Virus record (IMG/VR): IMGVR_UViG_3300046314_000372
Span: 2,349-66,348 of that record
DNA from: a virus
Direction: 5' to 3' (one strand)
Length of the DNA stretch: 64,000 nucleotides
Shown here piece by piece: positions 29,826 through 38,843 of the stretch. The stretch's first letter is position 1, and every line of letters begins with the position of its first letter. The translations under genes and the position numbers were made by a program. The notes under the pieces were generated by a model. The model did no database searches. It worked only from the letters and a program-made list of their open reading frames with translations, and had not been told where the DNA came from.

Positions 29826-30779
29826 TCAAGCATCAACTTTGTGCAAGATGCAAGGGATGATTTCTCCAGCCCGGATAACGGCTACTGTGTCACCAATTCG
29901 TAAATCCAGCATTTCAATAAAACCAGGGTTATTAAGAGTAGCACGACTGACAAGGGCATCGCCAATATAAACAGGCTCCAGAATAGCAACTGGAGATACT
30001 TTACCACTTTTACCCACTTGCCATTCGACTGAGAGTAGTTTTGTTTCAACATGGGCTGCCCGTTCTTTTTTAGCATATGCACCGCGAGGATGTTTGGCCG
30101 TGTAGCCCATTTCATAAAATTGGGCATTGTCATTAACACGGAATACGATACCATCACAAGGAAAGATTTTATCCAAGTCTGGTTCATTGATTACACTAAA
30201 ACCAGCCAGACGCAGTGCGTTCATGTCTGCATTGAATGTATCGTGCAAGCTAGGTTGAACGCCATAAGCAAAGAAACTTAGTGCACGAGTACGAAATTCG
30301 TTTACATCTTTTAGGTTAAGTGCACCTGCTGCGTAGTTACGAGCATTTTCGATGTTAAGCGGAGCCGCAATCTCGCCAGTGATCTGGTGTACGCCCTGAA
30401 AGGGCACTGTTTGTGGAACAATAGGATTGCCCAAGAATTTGTCAGTAACAATCTGACCTTCTACACCATCCCCACGGGTAAGAACTCGAACAAGATTACC
30501 ATCAACATAAAGAAGGCTGAGAGCTGCCCCGTCCAGCTTAATACTTGTAGCAATGCCTCGGATGCCTTCGAGAGGGCGAGCTTTATCTTCATCTTCATAG
30601 TATTTCTGTAGGCTGTACATCTGATAAAGATGACGTTCAGTTTTGGAATTTTGCTTAGTGCCAACAGCACCATAGCCTACTGAATCAGCAAGAGCATCAA
30701 ACTGAGCGTCAGTGATGAATGGACTACCTGCGTAATAAGCGGCTGAAGCCGAATCTAAATATTGTGTGATTTTGTTCAT
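29826..30779 (-). CDS. NAD-dependent DNA ligase, N-terminal adenylation subunit
   Basis: LigA motif I 'KLDG' and OB region. Confidence 0.7.
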   Translation of the reverse strand: MNKITQYLDSASAAYYAGSPFITDAQFDALADSVGYGAVGTKQNSKTERHLYQMYSLQKYYEDEDKARPLEGIRGIATSIKLDGAALSLLYVDGNLVRVLTRGDGVEGQIVTDKFLGNPIVPQTVPFQGVHQITGEIAAPLNIENARNYAAGALNLKDVNEFRTRALSFFAYGVQPSLHDTFNADMNALRLAGFSVINEPDLDKIFPCDGIVFRVNDNAQFYEMGYTAKHPRGAYAKKERAAHVETKLLSVEWQVGKSGKVSPVAILEPVYIGDALVSRATLNNPGFIEMLDLRIGDTVAVIRAGEIIPCILHKVDA

Positions 30780-30968
30780 AAAGATAATTATAACACTTTA
30801 GGGTCACAGAAACAAGTCAAAAATTAGAAATGCCGTCCAAAAGCACAATAAACTTTAAACCACTTAACACCATTGTACTGCTCAGGGTCTTCATCCCAGT
30901 AGTGGTTTTTACCAAAACTAATTTCCCAGTCTCTGGAAAATTGCCAGTGATACTTTCCAAATCTGATA

Positions 30969-31325
30969 TTAAACCAAAGGTTGCTCATTTTTTAGTTTCT
31001 CATTATAGTGTTTGATAATTTCTTCGCCCTCAGCTTTAGAGCAAATCTCAAATAGTCCGTCTAAGATGGCATAAATATTTTCAGTACTGGCCGGAATACT
31101 AACACCTTCACGACTAGGAACCCAGTCACCTTCGTAGCTCAAAAAGAACTTACGAAGCTGAATATAGGTAATGTCCCTGAAGTCATTAACAGCTAGGCGA
31201 ATCTGAAAACCTTTGTCCATGTTTTCATCAATGATTCGGCTATATAAAATATTTTCATCCATTTTAGGTGCGTTCCATAAGTTGATTGGCCCAAAATGTA
31301 GTTCTGGCCAGGTAATCTTCGACAT
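30969..31325 (-). CDS. hypothetical protein
   Basis: ORF only. Confidence 0.25.
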   Translation of the reverse strand: MSKITWPELHFGPINLWNAPKMDENILYSRIIDENMDKGFQIRLAVNDFRDITYIQLRKFFLSYEGDWVPSREGVSIPASTENIYAILDGLFEICSKAEGEEIIKHYNEKLKNEQPLV

Positions 31326-31330
31326 TATAA

Positions 31331-31627
31331 TTATTGGGGGTTTGGCGCAGATATAATTTTAAGCAGGTTTTCGGGCGTGGCTTCTACTGCCCAATGCATT
31401 ACAACCCAATCTTGGATACAGTTGTGGGTAGTGATATTTTTATTAACGTCAAGTCCGTGTGCTTTGTTGTAAGCAATACCCTGACGATGCCAAATATCCC
31501 AGTATTGGGCAATAATAGCCTCCTCAGAGTATACCATCCACACTGGCTCGCTAGTCTCACCAACTGGTTCAGCAAATAGCCAGTGTTTCATATTACTTGC
31601 CAACGTTGACGTTGGTACCTGCACCAA
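31331..31627 (-). CDS. hypothetical protein
   Basis: ORF only. Confidence 0.25.
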   Translation of the reverse strand: MVQVPTSTLASNMKHWLFAEPVGETSEPVWMVYSEEAIIAQYWDIWHRQGIAYNKAHGLDVNKNITTHNCIQDWVVMHWAVEATPENLLKIISAPNPQ

Positions 31628-32405
31628 TCACCAAGGTGTTACCTTTGAATGTTGCAATAGCCTTGGCAGTTTCAAGAGCTGCATCAGCCTGCTTCATACG
31701 AGCCTGAGCATCCATGTACTGAATAGCACCTGCGTTTTGTGCAAGGGCAGCAATACGTCGAGCTTCTGCTTCAGCAGTTTTAACTTCAACTTCCTTCTGC
31801 TTTAGTTCATTTTTTGAACGAACCAAATCATTGGCACTGGCAACAACTGTGTCGCTGGGCTGCACATTACGAATCATAACCTGATTGATAGTAATAGAAC
31901 CGTCCAGTTTTTCTTCGGCAAGGTTTCGAGTGATCTCGTCCTTGATAAAGTTTTCCATTTCGGTACGGTTGTCTGCCATGTCAAGTGCTTCGTACTTTCG
32001 TGCTGCCTTGTAGATAGCATTACGAGCATTTTGCACAATGTAGTTGTACATCACATAAGTGTCGCCTCGGAACTCAGCGTGAAAGCTTTTGTTCTTGGTT
32101 GAATACAGTTCAGCAACGGTCTGTGGATTGATGTTGTAAACAACCACAGCGTCCAGGTCTTTCATGGTGCTGTTGTCTTTGGCCACAGGACTCATGTTTT
32201 CCAGCGACACGTTAACATCCTTGGTTGGGAAAGTCAACACATCACCAATAATGGTCTGGTTCATGCTACCAGGCATGAGCTCGCCTGGCTGTACTTGTTT
32301 GTAGGCATCAACACGAACACCAACCTCACCAGTTTCAATACGAGTGCAACCAGTGGCCAGTACCACAGCGGCGATAACAGCGGAAATTTTAAAGATATTT
32401 TTCAT
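31593..32405 (-). CDS. SPFH/band-7-like lipoprotein
   Basis: Lipoprotein signal (...LATGC), band-7-like core, coiled-coil C-terminus. Confidence 0.35.
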   Translation of the reverse strand: MKNIFKISAVIAAVVLATGCTRIETGEVGVRVDAYKQVQPGELMPGSMNQTIIGDVLTFPTKDVNVSLENMSPVAKDNSTMKDLDAVVVYNINPQTVAELYSTKNKSFHAEFRGDTYVMYNYIVQNARNAIYKAARKYEALDMADNRTEMENFIKDEITRNLAEEKLDGSITINQVMIRNVQPSDTVVASANDLVRSKNELKQKEVEVKTAEAEARRIAALAQNAGAIQYMDAQARMKQADAALETAKAIATFKGNTLVIGAGTNVNVGK

Positions 32406-32566
32406 TTAGAACAGTTGTGTGATAGCAAAAAGAATTAAAAGGGAAGCTGTGGCTGCTGCCCCAACTTTGAACGCAAGTTTGTACTCGCGCAGTGTAAACT
32501 TACCGACAGTTTGATAAACAAAAGCCACCAATAGTGCGACTAGCGCAAAAACAATTATTATTTTAA

Positions 32567-33193
32567 TCAAATCCGTACTCCTAGTTCGCGCAAGTGTTGT
32601 AGGCTGGCAAGCTCATATGCTTCTTGGTTAGCTGCTTGCAACCAACGTTCACTAAGCAACCATACTCTGTAGATGTAACCATACTTTTCAGTTTTAGTTT
32701 CTGAGTCAATACGTGCAATTGAATCATATCGTGCACTATAAACAATTTCGCCAATCTTGAAACGATCACGAACAGCACCATCAGGAATCAGTTCGGGACT
32801 AAAGTATGTATGCCCAGGAACCCGTAGAGGTACCGCGTTTGATTCTAGTACATTCTTGATAAATGTAGGTGATCGGTATGTCATCTTTGAAATAGCGTCT
32901 ACAGTTTCGCCACTAAGGTACTCTGAGATAATATAAACTACATCTTCGCGCGTAGCTGGCTTACCTCGAAGTTCAGCACGTCGCTGCGCATCGCGGGCCT
33001 GTGCACGCTTGAAGTCTTCGATAATAGTGCCAAGACGCGTGGTGTTATATGCCATGCCAAGAATCTGGCAAGCATCTTTTTTGGTAATAGGCTTCTGACC
33101 TTCTTCAGTGGGCTCCAGCAAACGGATTACTCGGCTAATGTTAGCCGGAGTCATCAATTCGGTTTCCAAGTCGCTTCGTTTTTTCGTTGCCAT
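32567..33193 (-). CDS. hypothetical protein
   Basis: ORF only. Confidence 0.3.
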   Translation of the reverse strand: MATKKRSDLETELMTPANISRVIRLLEPTEEGQKPITKKDACQILGMAYNTTRLGTIIEDFKRAQARDAQRRAELRGKPATREDVVYIISEYLSGETVDAISKMTYRSPTFIKNVLESNAVPLRVPGHTYFSPELIPDGAVRDRFKIGEIVYSARYDSIARIDSETKTEKYGYIYRVWLLSERWLQAANQEAYELASLQHLRELGVRI

Positions 33194-33233
33194 ATTAGTC
33201 CTTAATGAGAAAAGGCGGCCAGAGCCGCCTTGA

Positions 33234-33599
33234 TTACTTCAACACTGACAGGAAGTATACTGCTGCTTTACCAGTCAACTTAGACAAAATGTCTTCGTCA
33301 ACAGCTTTGCCTGCGTCTTCAAGTGCAGCTTTCAAGTCAGCGATAGCGGATTCTTTGCTAACGCGAACTGGCTTGTCACCGGATGCGGCTGTTTTGGTTT
33401 TGGATGTAGACGCTGCGCCAGGGTCTTTTTTAACGTACACGCCAGCTTGCACTAGCACCATACGCACACCGTTAGGAGACATTTCGATTTCTTCGGCAAT
33501 GTCTTTGATGATTTCTGTGGAGTTTTCAGGAGTTGGGCCTGCACCTTCGTATTTTTCAATAACGGATGCTTTGAGTTCGTCTGTCCAAGTTGCTGCCAT
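33234..33599 (-). CDS. small HTH-like protein (paralogue family member)
   Basis: 'SPNGVRMVLVQAGVYVKK' module shared with 47947, 61467, 63318 and 28244. Confidence 0.3.
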   Translation of the reverse strand: MAATWTDELKASVIEKYEGAGPTPENSTEIIKDIAEEIEMSPNGVRMVLVQAGVYVKKDPGAASTSKTKTAASGDKPVRVSKESAIADLKAALEDAGKAVDEDILSKLTGKAAVYFLSVLK

Positions 33600-33669
33600 G
33601 ATATGTGTTCTTTCTGTGATTTAAAATAGTATTATACAGTGTAAAGCTGTGATATTCAAGTTTGATTTT

Positions 33670-33942
33670 TTAAACGAATTCGGTAGTCACATTGGTCATG
33701 CGGCTGGGAACGAATCGTCGGTAGCTGTTTGTGAGGTCAAAGTCAGCATACAGTTTCATGCGGCTAGTGTACACAGCATCTTCAAACATCTTGAGTTGCT
33801 GAATAAATTCAGCGTAGGTATCCATGTCAAGTTCGCTAACGTCAATGCCTTCGATGTGCTCAGTGGGAGTAACCAGTTCAACCAAAGTACGATGTGAAAA
33901 ATCGCCGTTGGGTTTTGTGTATGTGAATTCTTTGATTTTCAT
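33670..33942 (-). CDS. hypothetical protein
   Basis: ORF only. Confidence 0.25.
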   Translation of the reverse strand: MKIKEFTYTKPNGDFSHRTLVELVTPTEHIEGIDVSELDMDTYAEFIQQLKMFEDAVYTSRMKLYADFDLTNSYRRFVPSRMTNVTTEFV

Positions 33943-33998
33943 TTGTAAGCCTTTGTTGTCTGTCTAAGTATATATTATACAGCGATAGGCTGGTGTGT

Positions 33999-34274
33999 TC
34001 AACTGCTAATTTCTGCGTCTGGTTTTAGAATCTCTGATCGGAGACCAATCTCAAATCGTAGTGCCATAGCAGAACTAAACATTGGAAACACCATTAGCGG
34101 AGCCACCACAGCAGATACTAGAATATAAATCACAGTGCTTAGCACTGGGTAGTACGTAAAAGAATTCTGAATTCTTGCAGTCCTAGCCTCTTGCAACAGG
34201 GGCCAGAACCAAAAGTAGCAAGCACTAATAGAGATACTAAATGCAAATAACAGGTAGTACCCAATCAATTCCAT
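33999..34274 (-). CDS. small membrane protein
   Basis: Two or three TM helices. Confidence 0.25.
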   Translation of the reverse strand: MELIGYYLLFAFSISISACYFWFWPLLQEARTARIQNSFTYYPVLSTVIYILVSAVVAPLMVFPMFSSAMALRFEIGLRSEILKPDAEISS

Positions 34275-34651
34275 GTAGCAGCCTCACGCATAAATGCACG
34301 TGCACCAATGGAGAAGTCTACCTTGCCTTGTGGCAGGTTTGTAAAGACTTTTGTGCTTGGCACGCTTAATGCCGCTTGCTGCACCTTAGGGTTAGTGCTG
34401 AACAATTCTTTTGGAGCGCGACCACTGAACTCTTTGAACAGTTTAGCCAGACGAATATCGCTGTGTGACCACTGCGAAGTAACTGGAGCTTTGCGCTTTG
34501 ATCCAACTTCTAGTAGTGCATTTTCTACTTGTTTGTTGTTAGGTTGCTGCTTGAAAGTTCTGGCAAGACGACGCTTACGGTTGGCTTGAGTGCGTTGTAC
34601 GCCTTGAGGAACTGCGGGTGCTGTAGCTGGAAGTTTAGATTTAGTTGCCAT
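34265..34651 (-). CDS. basic hypothetical protein
   Basis: ORF only. Confidence 0.25.
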   Translation of the reverse strand: MATKSKLPATAPAVPQGVQRTQANRKRRLARTFKQQPNNKQVENALLEVGSKRKAPVTSQWSHSDIRLAKLFKEFSGRAPKELFSTNPKVQQAALSVPSTKVFTNLPQGKVDFSIGARAFMREAATWN

Positions 34652-34663
34652 AGTATTTCCTTA

Positions 34664-34963
34664 TTAGATAAACAATTCGTCGTCGCTCTTAATGAAGTCT
34701 AGCTCGTCTTGAGCAGACTTTTGAGTCAAGTGCATACGATATACGGTAAGCAAGGCGTCCACTAGATTAGGGATATGTTCTACTGCAATAGGCATATAAC
34801 GTTCGCAGCCGTCTACAATGGATACTTCATCAGTACCGCCAGGGTTTGTTCCAAACTCCAAATAGTTGTAGTAAAAATTACCATCAAAATCTGGGCCGAA
34901 CAAACCTTCGTCGCCAAATGTGTCAACGTCAGTAGCAGGAACTTGGGCAAAATTAATTTTCAT
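34664..34963 (-). CDS. hypothetical protein
   Basis: ORF only. Confidence 0.25.
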   Translation of the reverse strand: MKINFAQVPATDVDTFGDEGLFGPDFDGNFYYNYLEFGTNPGGTDEVSIVDGCERYMPIAVEHIPNLVDALLTVYRMHLTQKSAQDELDFIKSDDELFI

Positions 34964-34999
34964 GTGTTTTAAAAGGTTGGGTTGCGTTGTTAAAGAATA

Positions 35000-35028
35000 A
35001 TTATATCAAAAAGTAGTCACTGTTTCAA
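35000..35028 (-). promoter_or_regulatory. sigma70-consensus promoter (minus strand)
   Basis: On the minus strand: TTGAAA-N17-TATAAT, immediately upstream of ORF 34664..34963. Confidence 0.4.
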
Positions 35029-35052
35029 GTGAATATTTATGCAAATGAAAAA

Positions 35053-35080
35053 GCCCCTCCAACAGGAAGGGCTTTTAAAA
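35053..35080 (-). terminator. terminator-like hairpin after the tRNA-Met gene
   Basis: Imperfect 9-bp GC stem (agcccctcc/ggaagggct) flanked by an A5 run and a T4 run. Confidence 0.35.
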
Positions 35081-35081
35081 G

Positions 35082-35158
35082 TGGTGCGCCGAGCAGGACT
35101 TGAACCCGCGACCAACCGATTATGAGTCGGCTGCTCTAACCAACTGAGCTATCAGCGC
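35082..35158 (-). tRNA. tRNA-Met (CAT) (or Ile2)
   Basis: Minus-strand cloverleaf; acceptor GCGCTGA/TCGGCGC, D 'TAGCTCAGTTGGTTAGAGC', anticodon loop CTCATAA, T-arm GGTTCAAGTCC, encoded CCA. Confidence 0.75.
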
Positions 35159-35571
35159 GTTTTATCTGCTAAATCTTTATATCCGCGATCGCTGGGATGA
35201 ACATTATCTTTGGTAGGGTATTTGATTGGTAATACTACGTCTTGATACATTTCAGCAACTTCGTTTACATACTGCTGAATCCGTTCAATAGGTACTTCAC
35301 TGCCTTTTAAATTACCGTGGGGCAATACCCAATAAACCCTATCTGCCTGAACTAGCTCACGCATATTTTCCAACTCACGACGAGTTTTAACATATTTGTG
35401 GTCGTTACTGCCCAAACTAATAATTACTGTTTTTGCAGATAGATTTTTAGTTAGGTATTTGTTATTCCACTGCCAGGTATTAATTCCACCTTTTGAGTAT
35501 GAAACACATTCTGGACGTTTGGCACTAACGCCAACGGCAATCGAATCTCCTAAGATTAGGCACTCTAGCAT
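35152..35571 (-). CDS. SGNH/GDSL-like hydrolase
   Basis: N-terminal 'LILGDSIAVG' GDS block and 'GSNDH'. Confidence 0.4.
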   Translation of the reverse strand: MLECLILGDSIAVGVSAKRPECVSYSKGGINTWQWNNKYLTKNLSAKTVIISLGSNDHKYVKTRRELENMRELVQADRVYWVLPHGNLKGSEVPIERIQQYVNEVAEMYQDVVLPIKYPTKDNVHPSDRGYKDLADKTR

Positions 35572-35706
35572 TTAGTCCTCGAAAGTAATGTAATCTTCTT
35601 TGCCTACCCCACACTCAGGGCACTCGAAATCGTCTGGAAGTGTATCCCAAGCGCCTTCTGTAGCTTCATCGTGAACGTGGTCACATAATACGCAAATATA
35701 TGTCAT
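35572..35706 (-). CDS. rubredoxin (44 aa; below the ORF-track size cutoff)
   Basis: Translation MTYICVLCDHVHDEATEGAWDTLPDDFECPECGVGKEDYITFED: two CxxC knuckles (CVLC / CPEC-G). Start overlaps the stop of the rubrerythrin-like gene (ATGA). Stop abuts the downstream gene start. Confidence 0.6.
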   Translation of the reverse strand: MTYICVLCDHVHDEATEGAWDTLPDDFECPECGVGKEDYITFED

Positions 35707-36155
35707 TTTACTGTTTCCCAAACTTGTTGATATGCTTCTGCGTGACGTTGCTCAACACGCTTTAATGCAGCAAAACGCTTTTCAGCTTTTTGTAGAACTC
35801 TGATAAAGGCTTCTGCGTGCTCACGAGACTCTGTGCCTTGGTGCTTAGCTTCTTGTGCAACTTCATAATTACCTTCACGAAGTGCCTTGGCTTCAAACAG
35901 CGGGTACATTTCTGTGTACTCGTAAGTTTCGCCTTCAATGGCTTTTTCTAAGCAAACTTTAGTACTAGGCTTGCCGATTAAGAGTTCTAGATGGCCCCAG
36001 GCGTGCTTTAGTTCTTGACCAGCAGTTTGCTCAAAGTGGTCAGCTACTTCATCATAGCCCTCTTCACGAGCAATTTTGGCAAAGTACAGGTACTTTGTGT
36101 ACGCCATGGATTCGCCAGCAAGGGCACTCTCCAAGTTTTGTAGTGTTACCGACAT
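35703..36155 (-). CDS. rubrerythrin-like ferritin-type diiron protein (no fused rubredoxin domain)
   Basis: Two E-x(n)-E..H half-sites ('EQTAGQELKHAWGH', 'AKHQGTESREHAEAF'). Confidence 0.5.
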   Translation of the reverse strand: MSVTLQNLESALAGESMAYTKYLYFAKIAREEGYDEVADHFEQTAGQELKHAWGHLELLIGKPSTKVCLEKAIEGETYEYTEMYPLFEAKALREGNYEVAQEAKHQGTESREHAEAFIRVLQKAEKRFAALKRVEQRHAEAYQQVWETVK

Positions 36156-36670
36156 TGTTTTTTAACCTCTTCTAATGAAATAGGGGTATAGTTGATACGT
36201 TCCATCGAAACATTAAAATAACGACGGTCTGGAATCTGTGCAAGAGGCATCTTTACCACATTGTGGTGTAAGTGACCATGCACATTTAAACCCCAGCGAG
36301 CTAAGCTTTCTGGGTGAATGGGAATATGGGTCATAATTAGCCCCTCAAACTGGTGACTACCGCGAACATCTTTGAAGTGCTCTAAGTAGGCCTCCATTTT
36401 ACACAAATCGTGATTGCCTTTAATTAGAACTTTTTGCCCATTCATTCTTTTTAAAATATCTAACGAATAGGACTTAGTACTCATGACTATATCGCCTAAA
36501 AAGTATACCTTGTCATTAGGGCGTACTACACTATTGTGACAATCAACGATATGTTCGTTCATGTGCGAGATTGTTTGAAACTCACGCAAGGCAGTGCCAT
36601 CATCACGTTTGAACGTAAGAATATTAGCGTGACCAAAGTGGTGGTCACTTGCAAAAAATATATTAGCCAT
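36146..36670 (-). CDS. calcineurin-like metallophosphoesterase
   Basis: 'FFASDHHFGH', 'FLGDIV', 'GNHD' motifs. Confidence 0.55.
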   Translation of the reverse strand: MANIFFASDHHFGHANILTFKRDDGTALREFQTISHMNEHIVDCHNSVVRPNDKVYFLGDIVMSTKSYSLDILKRMNGQKVLIKGNHDLCKMEAYLEHFKDVRGSHQFEGLIMTHIPIHPESLARWGLNVHGHLHHNVVKMPLAQIPDRRYFNVSMERINYTPISLEEVKKQCR

Positions 36671-36966
36671 TAGTACTCCTGCCAGCTAGTGTCGCTGCCA
36701 ACGCGGTGGCCATCGTGTTTTTCAGAGTCGTAGTCTTCATACCAACCCTCAATCCCCTCTGAATAAGACTCGTCATCTTCATCGAAACCTTCGGTATCCA
36801 CGTATTCATCACGCGGATAGATTCCGTACATTTCTGCATGGTCTTTAGCACATTCCCAGGCTAGTTCTGATAACTGTGTATCGGTCATGGATTTTGGAAC
36901 TAACCAAAAACTCCACGAGTCTGTGCCAGCTTGGCCAGCGTCCATGCCAATAACAATTTTACGCAT
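36670..36966 (-). CDS. acidic hypothetical protein
   Basis: ORF; C-terminal half very Asp/Glu-rich. Confidence 0.2.
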   Translation of the reverse strand: MRKIVIGMDAGQAGTDSWSFWLVPKSMTDTQLSELAWECAKDHAEMYGIYPRDEYVDTEGFDEDDESYSEGIEGWYEDYDSEKHDGHRVGSDTSWQEY

Positions 36967-36974
36967 AAGATTCC

Positions 36975-37364
36975 TTAGATACTAACGGTTGTTGGTTGTG
37001 GCACAAGCATTTCTGCACCCTGCAGCTGGACATATATAAATGTCTTGCCTGGGTACATTTTAGCCAGCCGCTTGCACTCAGTTCTAGCTTGCATACTGGA
37101 ATACTGTACGGTAGGCTCAGTGGAAAAGCTAATGCCAGTAGTTGGGCTAAAACTGCCTACAATATACTGGCGGTTGCGGACGGCATCGTGTGCTGTTTTT
37201 TGGTCTGTGATTTTTGTGTGATTCATAATAGTACGTAATTCGCTGATTTGTTCTAAATTAACCTTCATAAAAGGTCGTAGGTCGATAACTAATGTTTCTT
37301 GCTTCATAATGCAGAAATCCCCTAAAGAAGTATATATTATACCGTCTTTAGGGGATTTGTTCAA
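36975..37364 (-). CDS. hypothetical protein
   Basis: ORF only. Confidence 0.25.
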   Translation of the reverse strand: MNKSPKDGIIYTSLGDFCIMKQETLVIDLRPFMKVNLEQISELRTIMNHTKITDQKTAHDAVRNRQYIVGSFSPTTGISFSTEPTVQYSSMQARTECKRLAKMYPGKTFIYVQLQGAEMLVPQPTTVSI

Positions 37365-37457
37365 GTGGAAATTTATTCAGTTTAGGGTCAAGGGTAACCC
37401 TAATCGCCGCATCCCCTGGAGGCTCCAGTACATCGAGCTGTTCCTTAGCGGTTTAAT

Positions 37458-37532
37458 TGGTACATCCTGACAGTTTCGAACTGCCGACCCTCTCGGTGTA
37501 AACGAGACGCTCTACCACTGAGCTAAGGATGC
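37458..37532 (-). tRNA. tRNA-Val (TAC)
   Basis: Acceptor GCATCCT/AGGATGT; D GCTCAGTGGTAGAGC; anticodon stem TCTCG/CGAGA, loop TTTACAC; T GGCAGTTCGAAACTGTC; CCA. Confidence 0.75.
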
Positions 37533-37533
37533 G

Positions 37534-37716
37534 TTATAAGTTATCTTCTAGTCGTTGCCATACTGATGTGTCACCGTCAACGCTCTCCAAGAATTCTGAC
37601 TCCCATCCACAATTAGTACATTTTAAAGCACAATTTTGATGTGTGTGAGCACCTATAGTGATGGTATTAGTGCTATCTTGCACTAAAGAATTCTGAGAAC
37701 AAACTGGACATTGCAT
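37534..37716 (-). CDS. small Zn-ribbon protein
   Basis: CPVC ... CTNC. Confidence 0.3.
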   Translation of the reverse strand: MQCPVCSQNSLVQDSTNTITIGAHTHQNCALKCTNCGWESEFLESVDGDTSVWQRLEDNL

Positions 37717-37732
37717 AGTATTTACCTATAAT

Positions 37733-37806
37733 TGGAGCGGGGTACGAGGATCGAACTCGTCTCACTAGCTTGGAAGGCTAGAGCACAGCCACTATACCAA
37801 CCCCGC
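37733..37806 (-). tRNA. tRNA-Gly (TCC)
   Basis: Acceptor GCGGGGT/ACCCCGC; anticodon loop CTTCCAA; T GAGTTCGATCCTC; CCA. Confidence 0.7.
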
Positions 37807-37951
37807 GCTGTTTGATTTTGTTTAGTATTTCTACTTTTTCGTGATCTGATAGTTTATACCAGTCAGTTAATTCTGCTAAGGTTCGCTTACATCCTGTGCA
37901 AACGCTATCTTGGATTTTGCACAATTTTACGCAAGGCGACTCCACAGTCAT
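37778..37951 (-). CDS. DUF1289-like small Cys protein (57 aa; not in ORF track)
   Basis: 'C..LC.......CTGCKRTL.E...W' matches the C-x3-C...C-x-G-C-x-R...E...W pattern. ATGA overlap with the upstream ORF. 3' end overlaps tRNA-Gly by ~29 nt, which lowers confidence. Confidence 0.3.
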   Translation of the reverse strand: MTVESPCVKLCKIQDSVCTGCKRTLAELTDWYKLSDHEKVEILNKIKQRGVGIVAVL

Positions 37952-38178
37952 GGGTTCAGCAGTTGTGGTGTATACTCTGAGCCAGCCCCACGTGCGCCTG
38001 GCTTGCCAACCATGTTTGAATAGTCTGAAACCATAGTAACGTATTGCATACCTTGTTTGCGTAATAAGTCTACGTAAATTAAGGTGTTCTGTAGTTGAGG
38101 TATTTCCGCACTACAGGCATTACCAGTTTCATTTGTCCAGTAGACTTTGTACATTGTATTTTGGCCAGTTTGGCGCAA
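37948..38178 (-). CDS. hypothetical protein
   Basis: ORF only. Confidence 0.25.
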   Translation of the reverse strand: MRQTGQNTMYKVYWTNETGNACSAEIPQLQNTLIYVDLLRKQGMQYVTMVSDYSNMVGKPGARGAGSEYTPQLLNP

Positions 38179-38187
38179 GGGTAATTG

Positions 38188-38263
38188 TGGTGCGGGCTAC
38201 AGGGTTCGAACCTGCGACATCTTCGTTGGCAACGAAGTGCTCTACCAGCTGAGCTAAGCACGC
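38188..38263 (-). tRNA. tRNA-Gly (GCC)
   Basis: D GCTCAGCTGGTAGAGC; anticodon stem CTTCG/CGAAG, loop TTGCCAA; T GCAGGTTCGAACCCTGT; CCA; one acceptor mismatch. Confidence 0.7.
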
Positions 38264-38264
38264 A

Positions 38265-38651
38265 TTAAAAGGGAACGTCGTCTTCAAAACTTGTGTCGTA
38301 GTCTTGACGACTGGCAATTTCTGCCAAGTATTCGTATTTGTTGCCGTCCATGTATGGAGCAACTTCTTCGGCCTCATTGATCTTCCAGCGAGCAAAACTA
38401 GCCTGCTCTTGAATCAGCTCAATGGCCTCGGTTTGAAACTTAACGTAACCAGACTTTTCAGCCCAGATTAAGTATTCGTAGTGGTCTTGAGCTACATCGC
38501 ACACACGGCAACCACTTAGCTTGCCAAATGTTAGTTTGTCTGTTAGCCCCAATTTAGGGTCTTTGAGTTTTTTAAATGAAATAGCCATATATAACCACAC
38601 CAAGTGCCAGGGCTTCTTACCAGACCCGTTCGCGACTAGTACACTAGACAC
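38265..38651 (-). CDS. hypothetical protein with SSB-C-terminus-like tail (...FEDDVPF)
   Basis: ORF; C-terminal acidic-hydrophobic tail resembling the SSB tip DDDIPF. Confidence 0.3.
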   Translation of the reverse strand: MSSVLVANGSGKKPWHLVWLYMAISFKKLKDPKLGLTDKLTFGKLSGCRVCDVAQDHYEYLIWAEKSGYVKFQTEAIELIQEQASFARWKINEAEEVAPYMDGNKYEYLAEIASRQDYDTSFEDDVPF

Positions 38652-38683
38652 TACCGTGGAGTTAAGGCTGATGTGGTTATATA

Positions 38684-38775
38684 TGGCGGAAAGCAGAGGA
38701 GTCGAACCCCATCCCTGTTAAGAGAACCTGGTTTTCAAGGCCAGTCGCAGGACCAACCCCGCTGCATTACTTTCC
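38684..38775 (-). tRNA. tRNA-Ser (TGA), type II
   Basis: 92 nt; acceptor GGAAAGT/GCTTTCC; anticodon loop CTTGAAA; long variable arm; T-arm GGGGTTCGACTCCTC; CCA; some non-canonical pairs. Confidence 0.5.
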
Positions 38776-38843
38776 AAGGCACAAATCTCATGCACCTAAT
38801 GTTTCGTTTTATGTACGCGCATAACATTTACTGCGCTGCTTTT

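Noticed and set aside
36670-36966. Acidic 98-aa protein as an Ocr-like DNA mimic
   Set aside because: Only the C-terminal third is acidic and there is no recognisable helical DNA-mimic periodicity by eye. Left as a hypothetical protein.
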